From NCBI GenBank assembly GCA_951406725.2, contig OX597830.1, positions 32,674,001 to 32,738,000 on the forward strand: a stretch of DNA of 64,000 nucleotides, written 5' to 3'. Both the position numbers and the translations under genes were made by a program. Under the pieces are notes generated by a model, which saw only the letters and a program-made list of their open reading frames with translations, ran no database searches and was not told where the DNA came from. Positions 22,820 to 37,533 of the stretch are shown here, one piece after another. Each line of letters opens with the position of its first letter. The first letter of the stretch is position 1. Source of the DNA: Octopus vulgaris (taxonomy: Eukaryota).

Positions 22820-24740
22820 TTCAGTACTGTTTGATTGTAGAGCTGCGTATTTACAGCAATGTTTTATTGTAGAGATGGATCTTTCCAGCATTGTTTGATT
22901 GTAGAGCAATTTATTTACAACACTCTTTCATCTACTTACAAAGGCAGCAATTTATAACAGTATTTTATCATAACAGCATTGTTTGATTGTAGAGTCATCT
23001 ATTTACAGCATTGTTTCACTATAGAGATATCTTTTTGCAAGTTAGAGCAATTTATTTACAACACTCTTTCATCTACTTACAAAGGCAGCAATTTATAACA
23101 GTATTTTATCATAACAGCATTGTTTGATTGTAGAGTCATCTATTTACAGCATTGTTTCACTATAGAGATATCTTTTTGCAGGTGTTTGATTGTAGAGCAG
23201 TTTATTTACAATGCTCTTTCATCTATTTACAAAAACTGTTTCACAGTAGAGGCAGCAATTTATAACAGTATTTTATCATAACAGCATTGTTTGATTGTAG
23301 AGTCATCTATTTACAGCATTGTTTCACTTTGGAGATATCTTTTTACAAGTGTTTGATTGTAGAGCAGTTTATTTACAATGCTCTTTCATCTATTCACAAA
23401 AACTGTTTCACAGTAGAGGCAGCAATTTATAACAGTATTTTATCATAACAGCATTGTTTGATTGTAGTCATCTATATATAGCATTGTTTCACTGTAGAGA
23501 TATCTTTTCACAAGTGTTTGATTGTAGAGCAGTTTATTTACAATGCTCTTTCATCTATTTACAAAAACTGTTTCACAGTAGAGACAGCAATTTATAACAG
23601 TATTTTATCATAACAGCATTGTTTGATTGTAGAGTCATCTATATATATAGCATTGTTTCACTGTAGAGATATCTTTTTATAAGTGTTTGATTGTAGAGCA
23701 GTTTATTTACAATGCTCTTTCATCTATTTACAAAAACTGTTTCACAGTAGAGACAGCAATTTATAACAGTATTTTATCATAACAGCATTGTTTGATTGTA
23801 GAGTCATCTATATATATAGCATTGTTTCACTGTAGAGATATCTTTTTATAAGTGTTTGATTGTAGAGCAGTTTATTTACAATGCTCTTTCATCTATTTAC
23901 AAAAACTGTTTCACAGTAGAGGCAGCAATTTATAACAGTATTTTATCATAACAGCATTGTTTGATTGTAGTCATCTATATATAGCATTGTTTCACTGTAG
24001 AGATATCTTTTTATAAGTGTTTGATTGTAGAGCAGTTTATTTACAATGCTCTTTCATCTATTTACAAAAACTGTTTCACAGTAGAGACAGCAATTTATAA
24101 CAGTATTTTATCATAACAGCATTGTTTGATTGTAGTCATCTATATATAGCATTGTTTCACTGTAGAGATATCTTTTTATAAGTGTTTGATTGTAGAGCAG
24201 TTTATTTACAATGCTCTTTCATCTATTTACAAAAACTGTTTCACAGTAGAGGCAGCAATTTATAACAGTATTTTATCATAACAGCATTGTTTGATTGTAG
24301 TCATCTATATATAGCATTGTTTCACTGTAGAGATATCTTTTTATAAGTGTTTGATTGTAGAGCAGTTTATTTACAATGCTCTTTCATCTATTTACAAAAA
24401 CTGTTTCACAGTAGAGACAGCAATTTATAACAGTATTTTATCATAAAAGCCTTATTTGATTGTAGAGCCCTCTATATATAGCATTGTTTCACTGTAGAGA
24501 TATCTTTTCACAAGTGTTTGATTGTAGAGCAGGCTTTTCATAGAACTGTGAATTTGCATCATGTTTAATATCATACCTATCTACTGGCAGCAATATTTAA
24601 TTATAGAGCCATTTATATAAAACAATATTCAAATATAACAGTACAACAGTCTTTTACAGCTTTATTCAATTATCATAGAGCCTGTCTATAAGAGACAAGT
24701 CTAAGTACAGTAATTGTTTGATTGGTTGAGCTGTACAATA
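22820..24740 (+). repeat. Tandem array: eight 165-169-bp units (23182-24513) plus two shorter ~140-bp units, built from ~30-32-bp monomers
   Basis: GTGTTTGATTGTAGAGCAG recurs at 23182, 23349, 23514, 23683, 23852, 24017, 24182, 24347 and 24514; sub-repeat (A)CAGCATTGTTT(GATT/CACT)GTAGAG; degenerate monomers flank both ends. Confidence 0.95.
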
Positions 24741-25023
24741 ACAAGGCTAGTATATGAACATCACTTCAAAGCATCGTTAGTCCATAGACCATAATCTGCT
24801 GAGAGAGGTGTTTTGTTTCAAGCATTGTCCGTTTATCTGTATGTGTGTCTCGTTTATCTTATACAATTTTTATTTCTACAAGCTTATGACATTGCTAGCT
24901 TGTTTGTTCAATCATTCATTTCTTCCTAGGCATGTTTGAATATTTGTTTTGCACCCTTCTATTTTTCAGATTGCTTACAAGGTTATCATTTTGATTTTAG
25001 CTCATTGCATATCTATCTATCTG

Positions 25024-25074
<51 letters not shown>

Positions 25075-25079
25075 GTCTG

Positions 25080-25179
<100 letters not shown>

Positions 25180-25195
25180 TCTATCCGTCTATCTG

Positions 25196-25254
<59 letters not shown>

Positions 25255-25323
25255 GTCTGTCTGTCTGTCTCGCTCTCTCTCTCTATCTATCTTTCTACTT
25301 ATCTATCTCTATCTCTGTCTCTG

Positions 25324-25356
<33 letters not shown>

Positions 25357-25417
25357 ATATATGTATGTATATATGTATACATGTACACACACACTAACAC
25401 ACACATATCATTTATAT

Positions 25418-25457
<40 letters not shown>

Positions 25458-25680
25458 ACATCATCATCATCATTAAATGCCTACTTCCCATGCTGGCATG
25501 GGTTAGTTGGTTTGACTGGAACTGGTAACCGGTCTGATTTGGAAATGGGTTCTACAGCTGGGTGCCCTTCCTAACACCAACCACTCCGAGAGTGTAATGG
25601 GTGCTTTTTATGTGCCACCAGCATGGGTAGCATTTACATGATACTGGCAACAGCCACGAGTACAATTTTACCTGGCTTAA
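25418..25680 (-). mobile_element. Family-C element with expanded (CAT)n tail
   Basis: CCATGCTGGCATGGGTT...TCTACAGCTG...CCCTTCCTAACACCAACCACTCCGAGAGTGTAATGGGTGCTTTTTATGTGCCACCAGCA. Confidence 0.85.
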
Positions 25681-25715
25681 ATATATATATATATATATGT
25701 GTGTGTGTGTACATA

Positions 25716-26338
<623 letters not shown>

Positions 26339-26889
26339 TGTATCTCCGTAGACACTAGTTTATTGTATATATTTTACACTTCTCATGTCATTATTTCTCT
26401 CTTCCCTTCATTTTCCCTTTTTCTCTTGATTTCTCTCAATCTTACTCCTTCTCTCTTTCTCCCAACTTCTTTTCCCATCTTTCTCTTCCATTTTCTGTGT
26501 CTCAAACCATCTTCATCTATCTCTAATGCATTCTTTGTCATAAATACTGGAAAATAATTAACAGAGACAGAACAAAAACAATACATATACCTCGACAATA
26601 CATAACAAAACCAACAAAAGTTAACCAGCCTAACAAACAAACAAACAAACAAACAAACAAGGACAAGATATATAAAACAAAAGAAAATAAAAGAATAAAA
26701 ATATAAATACATGAAAACATATAGCACAACTAAACAAAAACACAAAAATAATAAAGTAATTAAGAATATGAAGATAATATCCGAACAATAAACAATGATA
26801 TAAAAAAACCCTAAACAGCAGCAACAAAAACAGAAAAATATGAGGAAGAAGAAAGAAATAAGCAAGAGAAAAGAGAAAATTAATCTATA

Positions 26890-27056
26890 GAATTGAGAAT
26901 TGCCAAAATTTAAGAGTTTCCGGAGCCTTCTAAGCCGATTTTACGTCACATTCTTGTAACTTTACAGATGAACATATCCTGCTTTCGTCTCATTATCGGA
27001 AAACACAAAATGAAATTGTAAATTAATTCTTCTTAATTATTTAGCCTCAGGTAAGA
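26890..27056 (+). promoter_or_regulatory. Candidate promoter/first-exon region with strong splice donor
   Basis: Unique sequence with a local CpG cluster, TTACGTCA (CRE/ATF-like) at 26941-26948 and CAG|GTAAGA at 27050/27051. Confidence 0.35.
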
Positions 27057-27621
27057 TACTCTGTTCTTATTTCGACAGAAAATTTTGATCTAATAACACT
27101 TTGCGAGCCATTCGTCTGTAAAAAATTGGCAAACAAACCCACAAACAAGCACACACGCACACACACAATCACACATACAAACACAAGAACACACACACAG
27201 ATGTTGACATACACAGACACACTCACAGACACAAACAGACGCACACATATTCATGTATAGGTATATATGTATATTATTCATACGCAGCTCAATTTGACAT
27301 ATTTGAATAGACACAAATATACATGCATACACTCACATATACATATGTATATACATCTCCCCCCCCCTTTCTCTCTCTCTCTCTCTCTCTCTCTACATTT
27401 ATACACACATACAAACATTTGAATACACACTATTTCTGGAGTTCTACCCTGAAGAAGAAGCAAATATGGAGACAAAATAATATATACATTTATGAACACA
27501 TATTTGTATGCACACTCACACATATAGATCTTCACACAAATATATACACTTACACATGTACACATTTCTAATCCTATAAAATTATGTTCATTTCTGTACA
27601 TATAATGTATATATATGTGTA

Positions 27622-27654
<33 letters not shown>

Positions 27655-27674
27655 CAATATATGCGTGTATGTAT

Positions 27675-27693
27675 ATATATATATATCAATATA

Positions 27694-27740
<47 letters not shown>

Positions 27741-27835
27741 TCATCATCGTTTAACGGAGAACGGACGTTAAACGATGATGATGATATATATATAAATATA
27801 TATATATATATAACACACACATACACATATATTGA

Positions 27836-27845
<10 letters not shown>
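27675..27845. repeat. Long near-perfect palindrome (~80-bp arms, 9-nt loop) centred on two family-C tails
   Basis: ...TCAATATATGTGTGTGTG(TA)nTCATCATCATCGTTTAACG-GAGAACGGA-CGTTAAACGATGATGATGA(TA)nACACACACATACACATATATTGA... Confidence 0.85.
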
Positions 27846-27867
<22 letters not shown>

Positions 27868-27937
27868 AACACCCACGCATAGATATATGTAAATTTCTAT
27901 AGATATATACATATATACATATGTGTGTGTATATACG

Positions 27938-27970
<33 letters not shown>

Positions 27971-29007
27971 ACATACACACACATGCACAAACACACACAC
28001 ATGTTTACACATACATTATTGTACATATACTATGCAAACATTTTTATGCAAACATATATACAATTTTCAAAAACTCATTGAAAACAAATATGTATGTATG
28101 TACCCATATATATGCACATATACTTTCATACATACCTACATACACACACGCAAACACACACACATATATATATGCATGCATGTGCTCATACATTCATATA
28201 TGCATATATGTATATATGAATATATATATATATATTTATATGTGCGAGTATATATTTATGTGTGTGTATGTGTATATATATGTGTGTGTATGTGTATATA
28301 TATGAATAACAAACACATATATAAGTTGATAAACAAGCAAGTAATTTGGTATAAATACCAATGTATTGATGCTTTGATGCACATGCATGCACAAATACAT
28401 CGCACACACGCACACGCATATACATACATACATACATACACACATATATGCAAACATACATACATATATATATATATATACATACGTAATACATACATGA
28501 GAACGTTCTACCCATTCTACACTTTCAGGCAAATATATTGAGCTTCTTGTTTACATTTTCCTGCATGATCACATCATATTCATGCATTCATGTACATTCA
28601 TAAGCCTAATATACTTTGCATTTTCAGGTGTTACACAAATTACAAAACATAAGTACATACATGAATGCATGCAAACACACATACACACACTCATACACAT
28701 CCCATACATATACATAGAGGCACATGTGCATATATGCCCGTGCAATGATGTCTATTCACATAATGCCATAAACTTCTGAAGCACACAAAGTTTTTCATAT
28801 CAACACATAGATTAATGCGATCACATACACCTATTTGCATATATCCATGCATAGATGTGTATCAATGCTTAATGCACACAAGTGTGTGTATGTATGTGTG
28901 TACTCACATATACTCACACAAATGCACATATATATGCACATACACACACATAATTTGCTCATATCATTAAATCCCTGATTACACACACAGCCACACATCT
29001 CATATGT

Positions 29008-29050
<43 letters not shown>

Positions 29051-29310
29051 TATTTATATATATACATATTTGTGTGTGTATGTATGTGTTTATATATATA
29101 TATATAAATACCTACCTTCATACACTTAAACTATCGGAGTATATATAAACTGCCAACATGAATACCTATAGTAGATAAACAAACACATTCATGCACACAG
29201 ATGCATATACACAAAAGAGGATGTCATGTGTTATATGTATATCTTCATCCTATGGAGTAAGTGAATATTTGGCACAAATGTGTACATACCATATTCTATA
29301 GACCCACACC

Positions 29311-29356
<46 letters not shown>

Positions 29357-29364
29357 TACACACA

Positions 29365-29400
<36 letters not shown>

Positions 29401-29954
29401 GTGTGTATATATATATATAGGAAAATAGAACAGCTGGGAAATGAGCCATGTCTAAGACTAAGGTGTAGGACAACTGACCATAAAATGGTTTGTTCAAACC
29501 TTGGGCAAGACACATAAGTCTGTTCTCTCCAAATGGCCCAACATAAAAAATAAAATTGGATCCTACACTATTTCTTTACAGCTGAATGGTTGGTTGGTGG
29601 AAGGACATTAATATATATAATATATAAAGGACATTAATATATAAAAATCCATCTCAGCCATACAATATGGAATGGTGTGTTGTAGGAAACAGTACATACA
29701 TTAAGGCACACACACACACATGTATGTATGTATGTATACATGTATTTATTTATCTGTCTATCTATATAGATATACACATATATACATATATGCATGCATG
29801 TGTGTATATATATATATGTATGTATTTATGTACTGTATATACTATATATATGTGTATGTGCTTATATATATTGTTTTATATATGTATATATATATACATG
29901 TATATATGTATGTATATATATATATACATATATATACATACACACACATATATA

Positions 29955-30179
29955 TTTTATTTCCTTTACTTGTTTCAGTCAGTTGACTGTGGCCATGCTG
30001 GAGCACCGTTTTTAGTCAAAGAAATCGTCCCCAGAACATATTCATCTTAAGCTTAGTACTTATTCTATCAGTCTCTTTTGCCAAACCACTAAGTTACGGA
30101 CACATAAACATACCAACATCAGTTGTCAAGTGATGGTGGTGGTGGGGGGACAAAGACAGACACACATATACATACATAC

Positions 30180-30214
<35 letters not shown>

Positions 30215-30374
30215 ATGGGCTTCTTTCGGTTTCCATCTACCAAATCCAGTCACACAGCTTTGGTTGGCCTGAGGCTGTAGTAGATGACACTTATCCAGGT
30301 GCTACGCAGTGAGACTGAACCTGGAACCATGTGATTGGGAAGCAAGCTTCTTACCACACTGCCACTCCTGCACC
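29955..30374 (-). mobile_element. Full-length family-A SINE
   Basis: Reverse complement of 21268-21700 over its whole length. Confidence 0.9.
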
Positions 30375-30381
30375 CATATAC

Positions 30382-30548
<167 letters not shown>

Positions 30549-30844
30549 CATCCAAAAGAGACTGATGTTACAGCTCACAGTTTCTCACTATATAATAGCA
30601 TTTAGTTAATAAAATTTGAATGAAAGAATCTTGGTGTTGGCAAATACGGTTACCCATAAAATTGCTTATTGATAAGCAGTGATTCATTGAGAGATTTCTG
30701 AAGGCCTTTATGGAAGCATTTGATACTAATAAGTAGCATTAAATGTCTGATCCCATAGTAGAAAGAAAATGACCGGTCCTTAAATGACAATAGCAATTTA
30801 GTAGTATGGTTTCAAACACTGATAAATTCAAGCATTTTCCTCCT

Positions 30845-31023
30845 TGGATGTGTGGTAAAAAGCTTGCTTCCTACCCACATGGTCCTGGTTTCAGTACCAC
30901 TGTGTCTCCTTCTATAGCCTCAGGGGCATGTGTCTTCTATTATAGCCTCAGGCCAACCAAAAGCCTTGTGAGTGAATTTGGTAGGTGGAAACTGGAGGCA
31001 GATCTTTGAATAAATATGTATAA

Positions 31024-31056
<33 letters not shown>

Positions 31057-31290
31057 TGTGTGTGTGTCTTTGTGTCGGTATCTGTCGCCCACTATCACTT
31101 GACAACCAATGTTGGTGTGCTTACATCCCTGTAAGTTAACATTTTGGCGAAGAAGACTGATAGAAAAAGTACTGAACTTAGCAAAAAGATTAAATATTGG
31201 GGTCAATTCATTTGACTACAAATTCTTGAAGAAAGTGCTCCAGCATAGCTGTAATCTAATAACTGAAACAAGTAGAGGATAAAAGAAAAG
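30845..31290 (+). mobile_element. Full-length family-A SINE, diverged
   Basis: TGTGTGGTAAAAAGCTTGCTTCC head, duplicated CTATAGCCTCAGG, internal (TG)n, tail AACTGAAACAAGTAGAGG. Confidence 0.85.
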
Positions 31291-31933
31291 ATATGATTGT
31301 GTCAGGCCGAATGTGACACTTTTCACATGGATTTAGAAATCATTGTCTTGCTCCCTGGTCTATCGTATTGATAATGTTTTAGCTCACCAGAAAATTTCTG
31401 ATTTCTCTGTTCAATCCATATCTCTAACAAACAAGAATTAAGCAGTAGGATAAATTTTACCTCTTGATCTAAATGAATGTAAATGCTGATTGTATCTGAT
31501 TTTAAATATTTTCTCTGTAAGTCCTTTATAATTCCTTTCCATACATTTTAGTGAATTTTATTTTTGTTTGACTCATATTAGGGAGACAGGATCCTTTAAG
31601 GGAGCAATTCTAGATCATTCAGTTGTTGAAAACTGGTTGTTGGGCTTGGTAGGTGATCAGATGTATGAATTAATGTGTGATTTGATATCTGAAAAGCTAT
31701 CATAGCTAGGCAACTACAGCTAATCTTGAAGTTACTTCTGCTCAAAATCTTGAAGTTACTTCTGGCTATTCATTGTTAATTTTGGTTGTTATTAATTGTT
31801 TACTTAAAAGAGAGACATTTCCTAGCTACGTACTTACTTAAAGAGGGTTATACCAAATTGTGTTTGTTGCTTTGATAATGTCTTTTCATGGGGGAGATAT
31901 TTAGATTACTGAACATTTTACAGCAACTGTCAC

Positions 31934-32480
31934 TACAAGGTGGTGTAAAAAAGTTCTTAAACTGGTTCTGTAGCATTCCAACAGATGGCTGCACACAGTT
32001 GCATGCACAGTGAGAGCTAACAGTGACCTGCATGAGGCAGTGTGCTGAATGATATTTCTGTATTTACTTCGTAGGTTGTGGAATTTGTGTTTTTGTATGC
32101 TGTAGACTGTGATTTTTGTCATGGACAGGAAGCTGGAACAAAGAGCCAACATGAAATTTTGCATTAAACTTGAGAAGTCTGCTACAGAGACATCGAGCAT
32201 GCTTTATCAAAACTATGGTGATGAGGCAATGGGTTGTACGCAATATTTTAAGTGGCATGGGTGTTTAAAAAGCAGAAGAACGTCCCTGGAAGATGTTAGG
32301 CAATCAGGAAGACCTGCCATGAGCATCACCCCTGGAAATGTGATATTGTTCAAAAAGAATTTGGCCTCCAGGGCCACACCATCGATTGAGAGTTATTCTG
32401 TGACGTTTTGAAGCATTTAAGGGGGACATTTGTGGAAGTGACCGGATTTGAAGAGCATGAAGAATTGGATTCTTTGTGAT
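31934..32480 (+). mobile_element. Internally deleted mariner element (N-terminal HTH region)
   Basis: ORF 32109-32411 EQRANMKFCIKLEKSATETSSML...YGDEAM..TQYFKWH....RTSLED..QSGRP is a mariner N-terminus; possible terminus TA|CAAGGTGGTGTAAAAAAGTTC at ~31934. Confidence 0.8.
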
Positions 32481-32890
32481 AATGATATAATGTTTAGTGA
32501 TAAATCTATTGTCTGGCAGTCAAATGTACTGCTAGTTATTCAAAAGTAGTTTCCAAAGTGTCTACACAAATTGAAAACTTCTGCTCTAATGTAAAAAATC
32601 TAAAGATTTATGAGACATGATTCTTAAAAGATGTAAACTTCATTAGTCAAAAGAAAATTTTCAGTTTCATAAATCTGCTCTGATTTATGATACAGGATTC
32701 TTGAAAGATGCAAGCTTCTCAAAACCTGACTTGAAAACTGTAGTTTGTGTAATTCTGAGAAAATTCACATTGCGAAGGTTGTACCCCACGATGGCCACAG
32801 TCTAATGACTGAAACAAGTAGAAGATACATATAAAGTTTAACAAATCTGATAACTATTCAAATGCTAGATCAGAGAAAGTGGATAATGAA

Positions 32891-33294
32891 CTGAAGACGC
32901 TTGACCTTTATTCTCTAGAAAAACGCTGCCGCCGTGCTGATCTCATTCTCGCTCACAACATCATAAGCAGAAAGTGTAACCTCTTGAAAGAGCTGTTCTT
33001 CACTCCTGCTCCAGAGCGTCGGCTGCAGGGTCAATCCGAAAAGCTCTATCTGTGACAATTTCATCTCAATCGAAGGAGAGGGGCTTTCTCCGTCCGGGTT
33101 GTGGATCCGTGGAATAAGCTGCCGGACGAGATAGTGAAGATGCCGACGACCACTCAGTTCAAAGTCTCCCTTGACCAGAAATGGCCTGAACTCTTTGCAT
33201 GAACATCCTCCCTGTACATAACTCCATGTCCCCCTACATGGCTTTGCTTTTTGCTTTTTGAGCCAAAAAATTAACTTAACTTAACTTAACTTAA
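32891..33294 (+). mobile_element. 5'-truncated CR1-clade LINE (ORF2 C-terminus, 3' UTR, (TTAAC)n tail)
   Basis: LDLYSLEKRCRRADLILAHNII...RLQGQSEKL..*..RRGAFSVRVVDPWNKLPDEIV.....FKVSLDQKW (stop 33200-02) matches the CR1 C-terminal pattern; tail (TTAAC)4 at 33271-33293. Confidence 0.9.
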
Positions 33295-33725
33295 ACTCCA
33301 ATTTAAAACCCATTACTATGAACAATAACGATTATTTAATGCACTAGAAATAGCAGCCAAATCTCCCTTCCTCAAATCACTCAGTAATATCGAAAAATAG
33401 GAAAGATGTACTAGATAAAGTAATATTCCAGCAGAACTAACTTTGGGATAACTATTTTTGTTTAATGCTTAAAATTCTTGAACAATCAATAATTCTGAAA
33501 ATATTTTTGTAATACTGGCACAATTTAGAATTAAAACATAATTAGAATTTCTCATGTTTTCATTTCTTTGGATACTGATGAAAATTACCATGTAGTCACA
33601 TATTCTTCCATGTATGGATGATGTAAATGTGTATGTATATATGTGTATGTACGTATAACCTTTATATGTGTGTATGAACATGTGTACCTGCATGTATATG
33701 CTTATGAATGTATGCATATAGATAC

Positions 33726-33769
<44 letters not shown>

Positions 33770-33860
33770 TCATGAGATATAGAATCATTCAGTTGTAAAT
33801 AAATGTTTATCTGTCTAATGAGCAATCTGTTTCAGTGTATACATATGTGTGTGCATGTGT

Positions 33861-33920
<60 letters not shown>

Positions 33921-34169
33921 ATGTTTTTCCATGTTTGTTACTTTAAAAGAAACCTTGAAAATGGAAGCGTGCTACATTGGTAACACAAAAGTAATATTGA
34001 TTTTTACATATTGTTCAATGACTAACAACAATCAAATAATTTATATGAACAATAGAAAAGTTAAGAGACTTAGACACAGATGTGTAAACAAAGGATTATT
34101 TAGGCATGAAGTAAACAGACTGATGAATATAACAGCGAAATCTACCTCAAAATATTATCTTATAGTGAA

Positions 34170-34720
34170 GACCTATCAAGCCAAGTGAGATCGTTGTCAT
34201 GGCCGATGCTGGTGTCACATGCCTGGGTCCTGCACTGGTGGCACATAAAATGTGAAATGAACCTTTTGAGCATTGGGCCTCATGGAGGCATTGTTGCTCC
34301 TGCAGGTTTCATGTAAAAAGCATCTGTCGAGTGTTAGGCTTCACAGAGGCAATGAGGCTAATGCTGGTGTCATGCAATTAGCACACCTGTGCCGGTGGCA
34401 CATAAGAAGCACCTATCATGCACTGGGCCTCAGGGATATGATGACAAATGACAGAGACTTTTGGCAATATGCTGTGCTTGAGAAAGAAAATCCATCAAGC
34501 CAAGTGAAATCGTAGTCATGCCAGATACTGGTGTCACACAACTGGCACCCATGCCAGTGGCACATAAAGGCACCTGTTAAACTCTTGGAGTGGTTGGCGT
34601 TAGGATGGGCATCAAGCCATAGAAACCATGGCAAATCAGACTGAACTCTGGTGCAGCCCTTCAGGTTACCAGCCCTGGTCGAACCATCCAACCCAGACCA
34701 GCATGGACAACAGACACTAA

Positions 34721-34787
<67 letters not shown>
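34170..34787 (+). mobile_element. Long family-C element with internal duplications and a long (GAT)n tail
   Basis: ATCAAGCCAAGTGA.ATCGT.GTCATG at ~34175 and ~34494; GGTGGCACATAA-type modules; family-C 3' end. Confidence 0.8.
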
Positions 34788-34789
<2 letters not shown>

Positions 34790-35410
34790 ATAAAAAGGGG
34801 TGAAAAAAAATGGTTCTGTCTTTGCTGGTGTGTGATGGCTTGTGTGTCGGCAATGTATCCAGGACCTCGATGTGGTGATGTTGGATCAATAAGTTTGGCA
34901 GGTGGGCATTGTTGCTGCAGCCCAGGCTAGAACCCGCCCAGAAGAAGAATAAAAAAACTGTCCTCTTTAGCAAATCAACAGTAACTGGATTTTAATCTCT
35001 GAACATGAAATGACTTAACTAAATACTGTGGTGGATTTAGTTTGATGTGTTTTACTGTCTCTGCCTGCTTTGCTCCACATGACTGTCTGCCTTCAAGTAA
35101 ACAGCAATGTTGAATAAATACTGACATGCTTTGGCTATCCTTTTTGCAGAATCAGATAATTTTACTGTAAATAATTTAGTCTAAAATATACTAAAAGTAA
35201 ACACAGAGAAAGAGAAAGAGAGAGAGTGAGAGAAAAAGAGAGAGAGAGAGAGAGAGAGAGAGTGAGAAAGAGAGAAAGAGAGAGAAAGAGAGAAAAAGAG
35301 AGAGTGAGTGAGCGAATGAGTGAGAGAGTGAGAGAGAGAGAGTGAGAGGGAGAATTGCATGTGGGGAGAGAGATCCTGTATAAATAAAATATTATTATTA
35401 TCATTATTAA

Positions 35411-35444
<34 letters not shown>

Positions 35445-35534
35445 GTTGTTGTTGTTGTTGTTGTTGTTATTATTATCATCATCATCATCATCCATCATCA
35501 TCATCATCATCATCATTATCATTATTATCATTAT

Positions 35535-36077
35535 TGAATGAGAGAGCAGTGCATGCCATCAAAGTGACACTGGGGTAAAATATATGAAGCCCAGTATACC
35601 CATCGTAACTACCCGTTTGATGAGGGTACACTAGGCACATGCATCACAACCATATGTGCACGACATATCAAGATAAACAGTGCATGACCATGTAGGTGGG
35701 GCCCAGTTAGAATTTTGTTCTGGCTGAGTAAACCATCCCACTCAAAAGGTCCCTGAATAAGGGTTGTTTAAGGGTGTTAAACGAACCACCCATGTTTCCA
35801 AAGGTGAATTATTCAAACCTCTAAGAATCCCTTTTAACACACAGCTATGATGCTCCCCCACTACTTCTGTTCATGATCAGAGATGCATATATCGTCAGCC
35901 ACTAAGAGACATGCTCATCTAGTTAAGGTCAAACAACTGACAAGCAAATCTGTGGTTTTGAGCAGAATATTTGCTGTATCTTTTATACCAAGACAAAACA
36001 ATGTACATGATAACACTTCCAATCATTGAAGATCAGCAGCCATGAGAGCCACTGTCTGGTACTGCATCAGGGCATTT

Positions 36078-36078
<1 letters not shown>
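35535..36078 (-). mobile_element. 540-bp interspersed-repeat-like block embedded in (TAA/GAT)n; possible 5' UTR of a TAA-targeting LINE
   Basis: Unique non-coding block with sharp edges against (ATT)n/(CAT)n on both sides; identity is inferred. Confidence 0.45.
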
Positions 36079-36172
<94 letters not shown>

Positions 36173-36184
36173 TACTACTACTAC

Positions 36185-36256
<72 letters not shown>

Positions 36257-37123
36257 CATCATCATTTGATGTTCTTGTTATTGCTGTCATTGCTGTTGTT
36301 ATTTCTCAGAGTTTTTTGTACAGTCCCCCAAGGAACTTGGACCCTTGTGGACAATAACAGGAAGTAGTAGTAACAATAATAGTAGTAGTAGTAGTTGTTG
36401 TTGTTGTTGTATATTTTTCTCAAATGTCATTTCGATCTAAATGAACCTTTTCTTTTGCTTCAATCACAAAAGAAACAACAGTTAAACAAAACATAAAAAA
36501 TAAACATTGACCAAAAGCACAAAGAAAAAGGCAACAAGAATCCAATTAAAATAGTGAAAATTACCAACAAAAAAAAATCATCAAAAAACATCAAAGAACA
36601 ACAAGAGAAAAATATAGAAACAAAAAGAAAACAATTAAAGCAAAATGAAAAAAATGAAAAGAAACAAAAGCTGCAGAAACATCGCAAATTAAAAAAAAAC
36701 AACAACTAAGTACCACAAAAAATCCCCAAACAAAATTACAGCAAAATAAAACAATTAAAAAGCTAGAGAAAAACCTAAAGAACACACCAAAGCAACAAAA
36801 AGAACAAAATCAATAAAAGAAAACCTGAAAAAATTAAAAATGAAGAAGAATATATATAAAAGTTTTTAAAAAAAAACACTAAAGAGCCTTCAATAATAAA
36901 AACACAAATGCACAAAAAAAGCAATACAAAAATTAATAAAGGCGCAATAAAAACGATGTATAACCACAACAAATCCAACAATAAAAGAACAATGACTGGA
37001 GAACTTATATAATTTGATTGTTTTTATATATTTATAATGTATTTATACGTTTTATATGTATATGTGTATACGTGCGTGTGTGAGTATCTATCTACCTATC
37101 TACCTACCTATCTATCTACCTAC

Positions 37124-37178
<55 letters not shown>

Positions 37179-37501
37179 CCTATCTATCTATCTACCTACC
37201 TATCTATCCATCTATCTATATATCTATCTATCTATCTATCTATCAGTCTATCTATCTATGTATCTGTCTGTCTGTTTGTCTGTCTGTCTATCTATCTAAC
37301 TATCTATCTATCAATCTATCTATCTATCTACCTATCTATCTATTTATCTATCTATCTATCAGTCTATCTATCCATGTATCTGTATGTCTGTCTGTCTGTC
37401 TATCTATCAATCTATCTATCTATCTATCTATCTGTCTATCTATCCATGTATCCATGTATGTATGTATGTATGTATGTATCTATGTATTTATCTATCTATC
37501 T

Positions 37502-37533
<32 letters not shown>

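Noticed and set aside
22820-24540. Possible CRISPR array or retrozyme array
   Set aside because: The units are near-identical throughout with no unique spacers, there are no cas genes, the context is eukaryotic, and no CTGANGA/GAAA core was found in the unit.
36440-36995. A-rich tracts (also 26540-26880) giving Phe/Leu-rich 'membrane protein' ORFs
   Set aside because: Low-complexity A/C-rich sequence; the hydrophobic translation is a compositional artefact.
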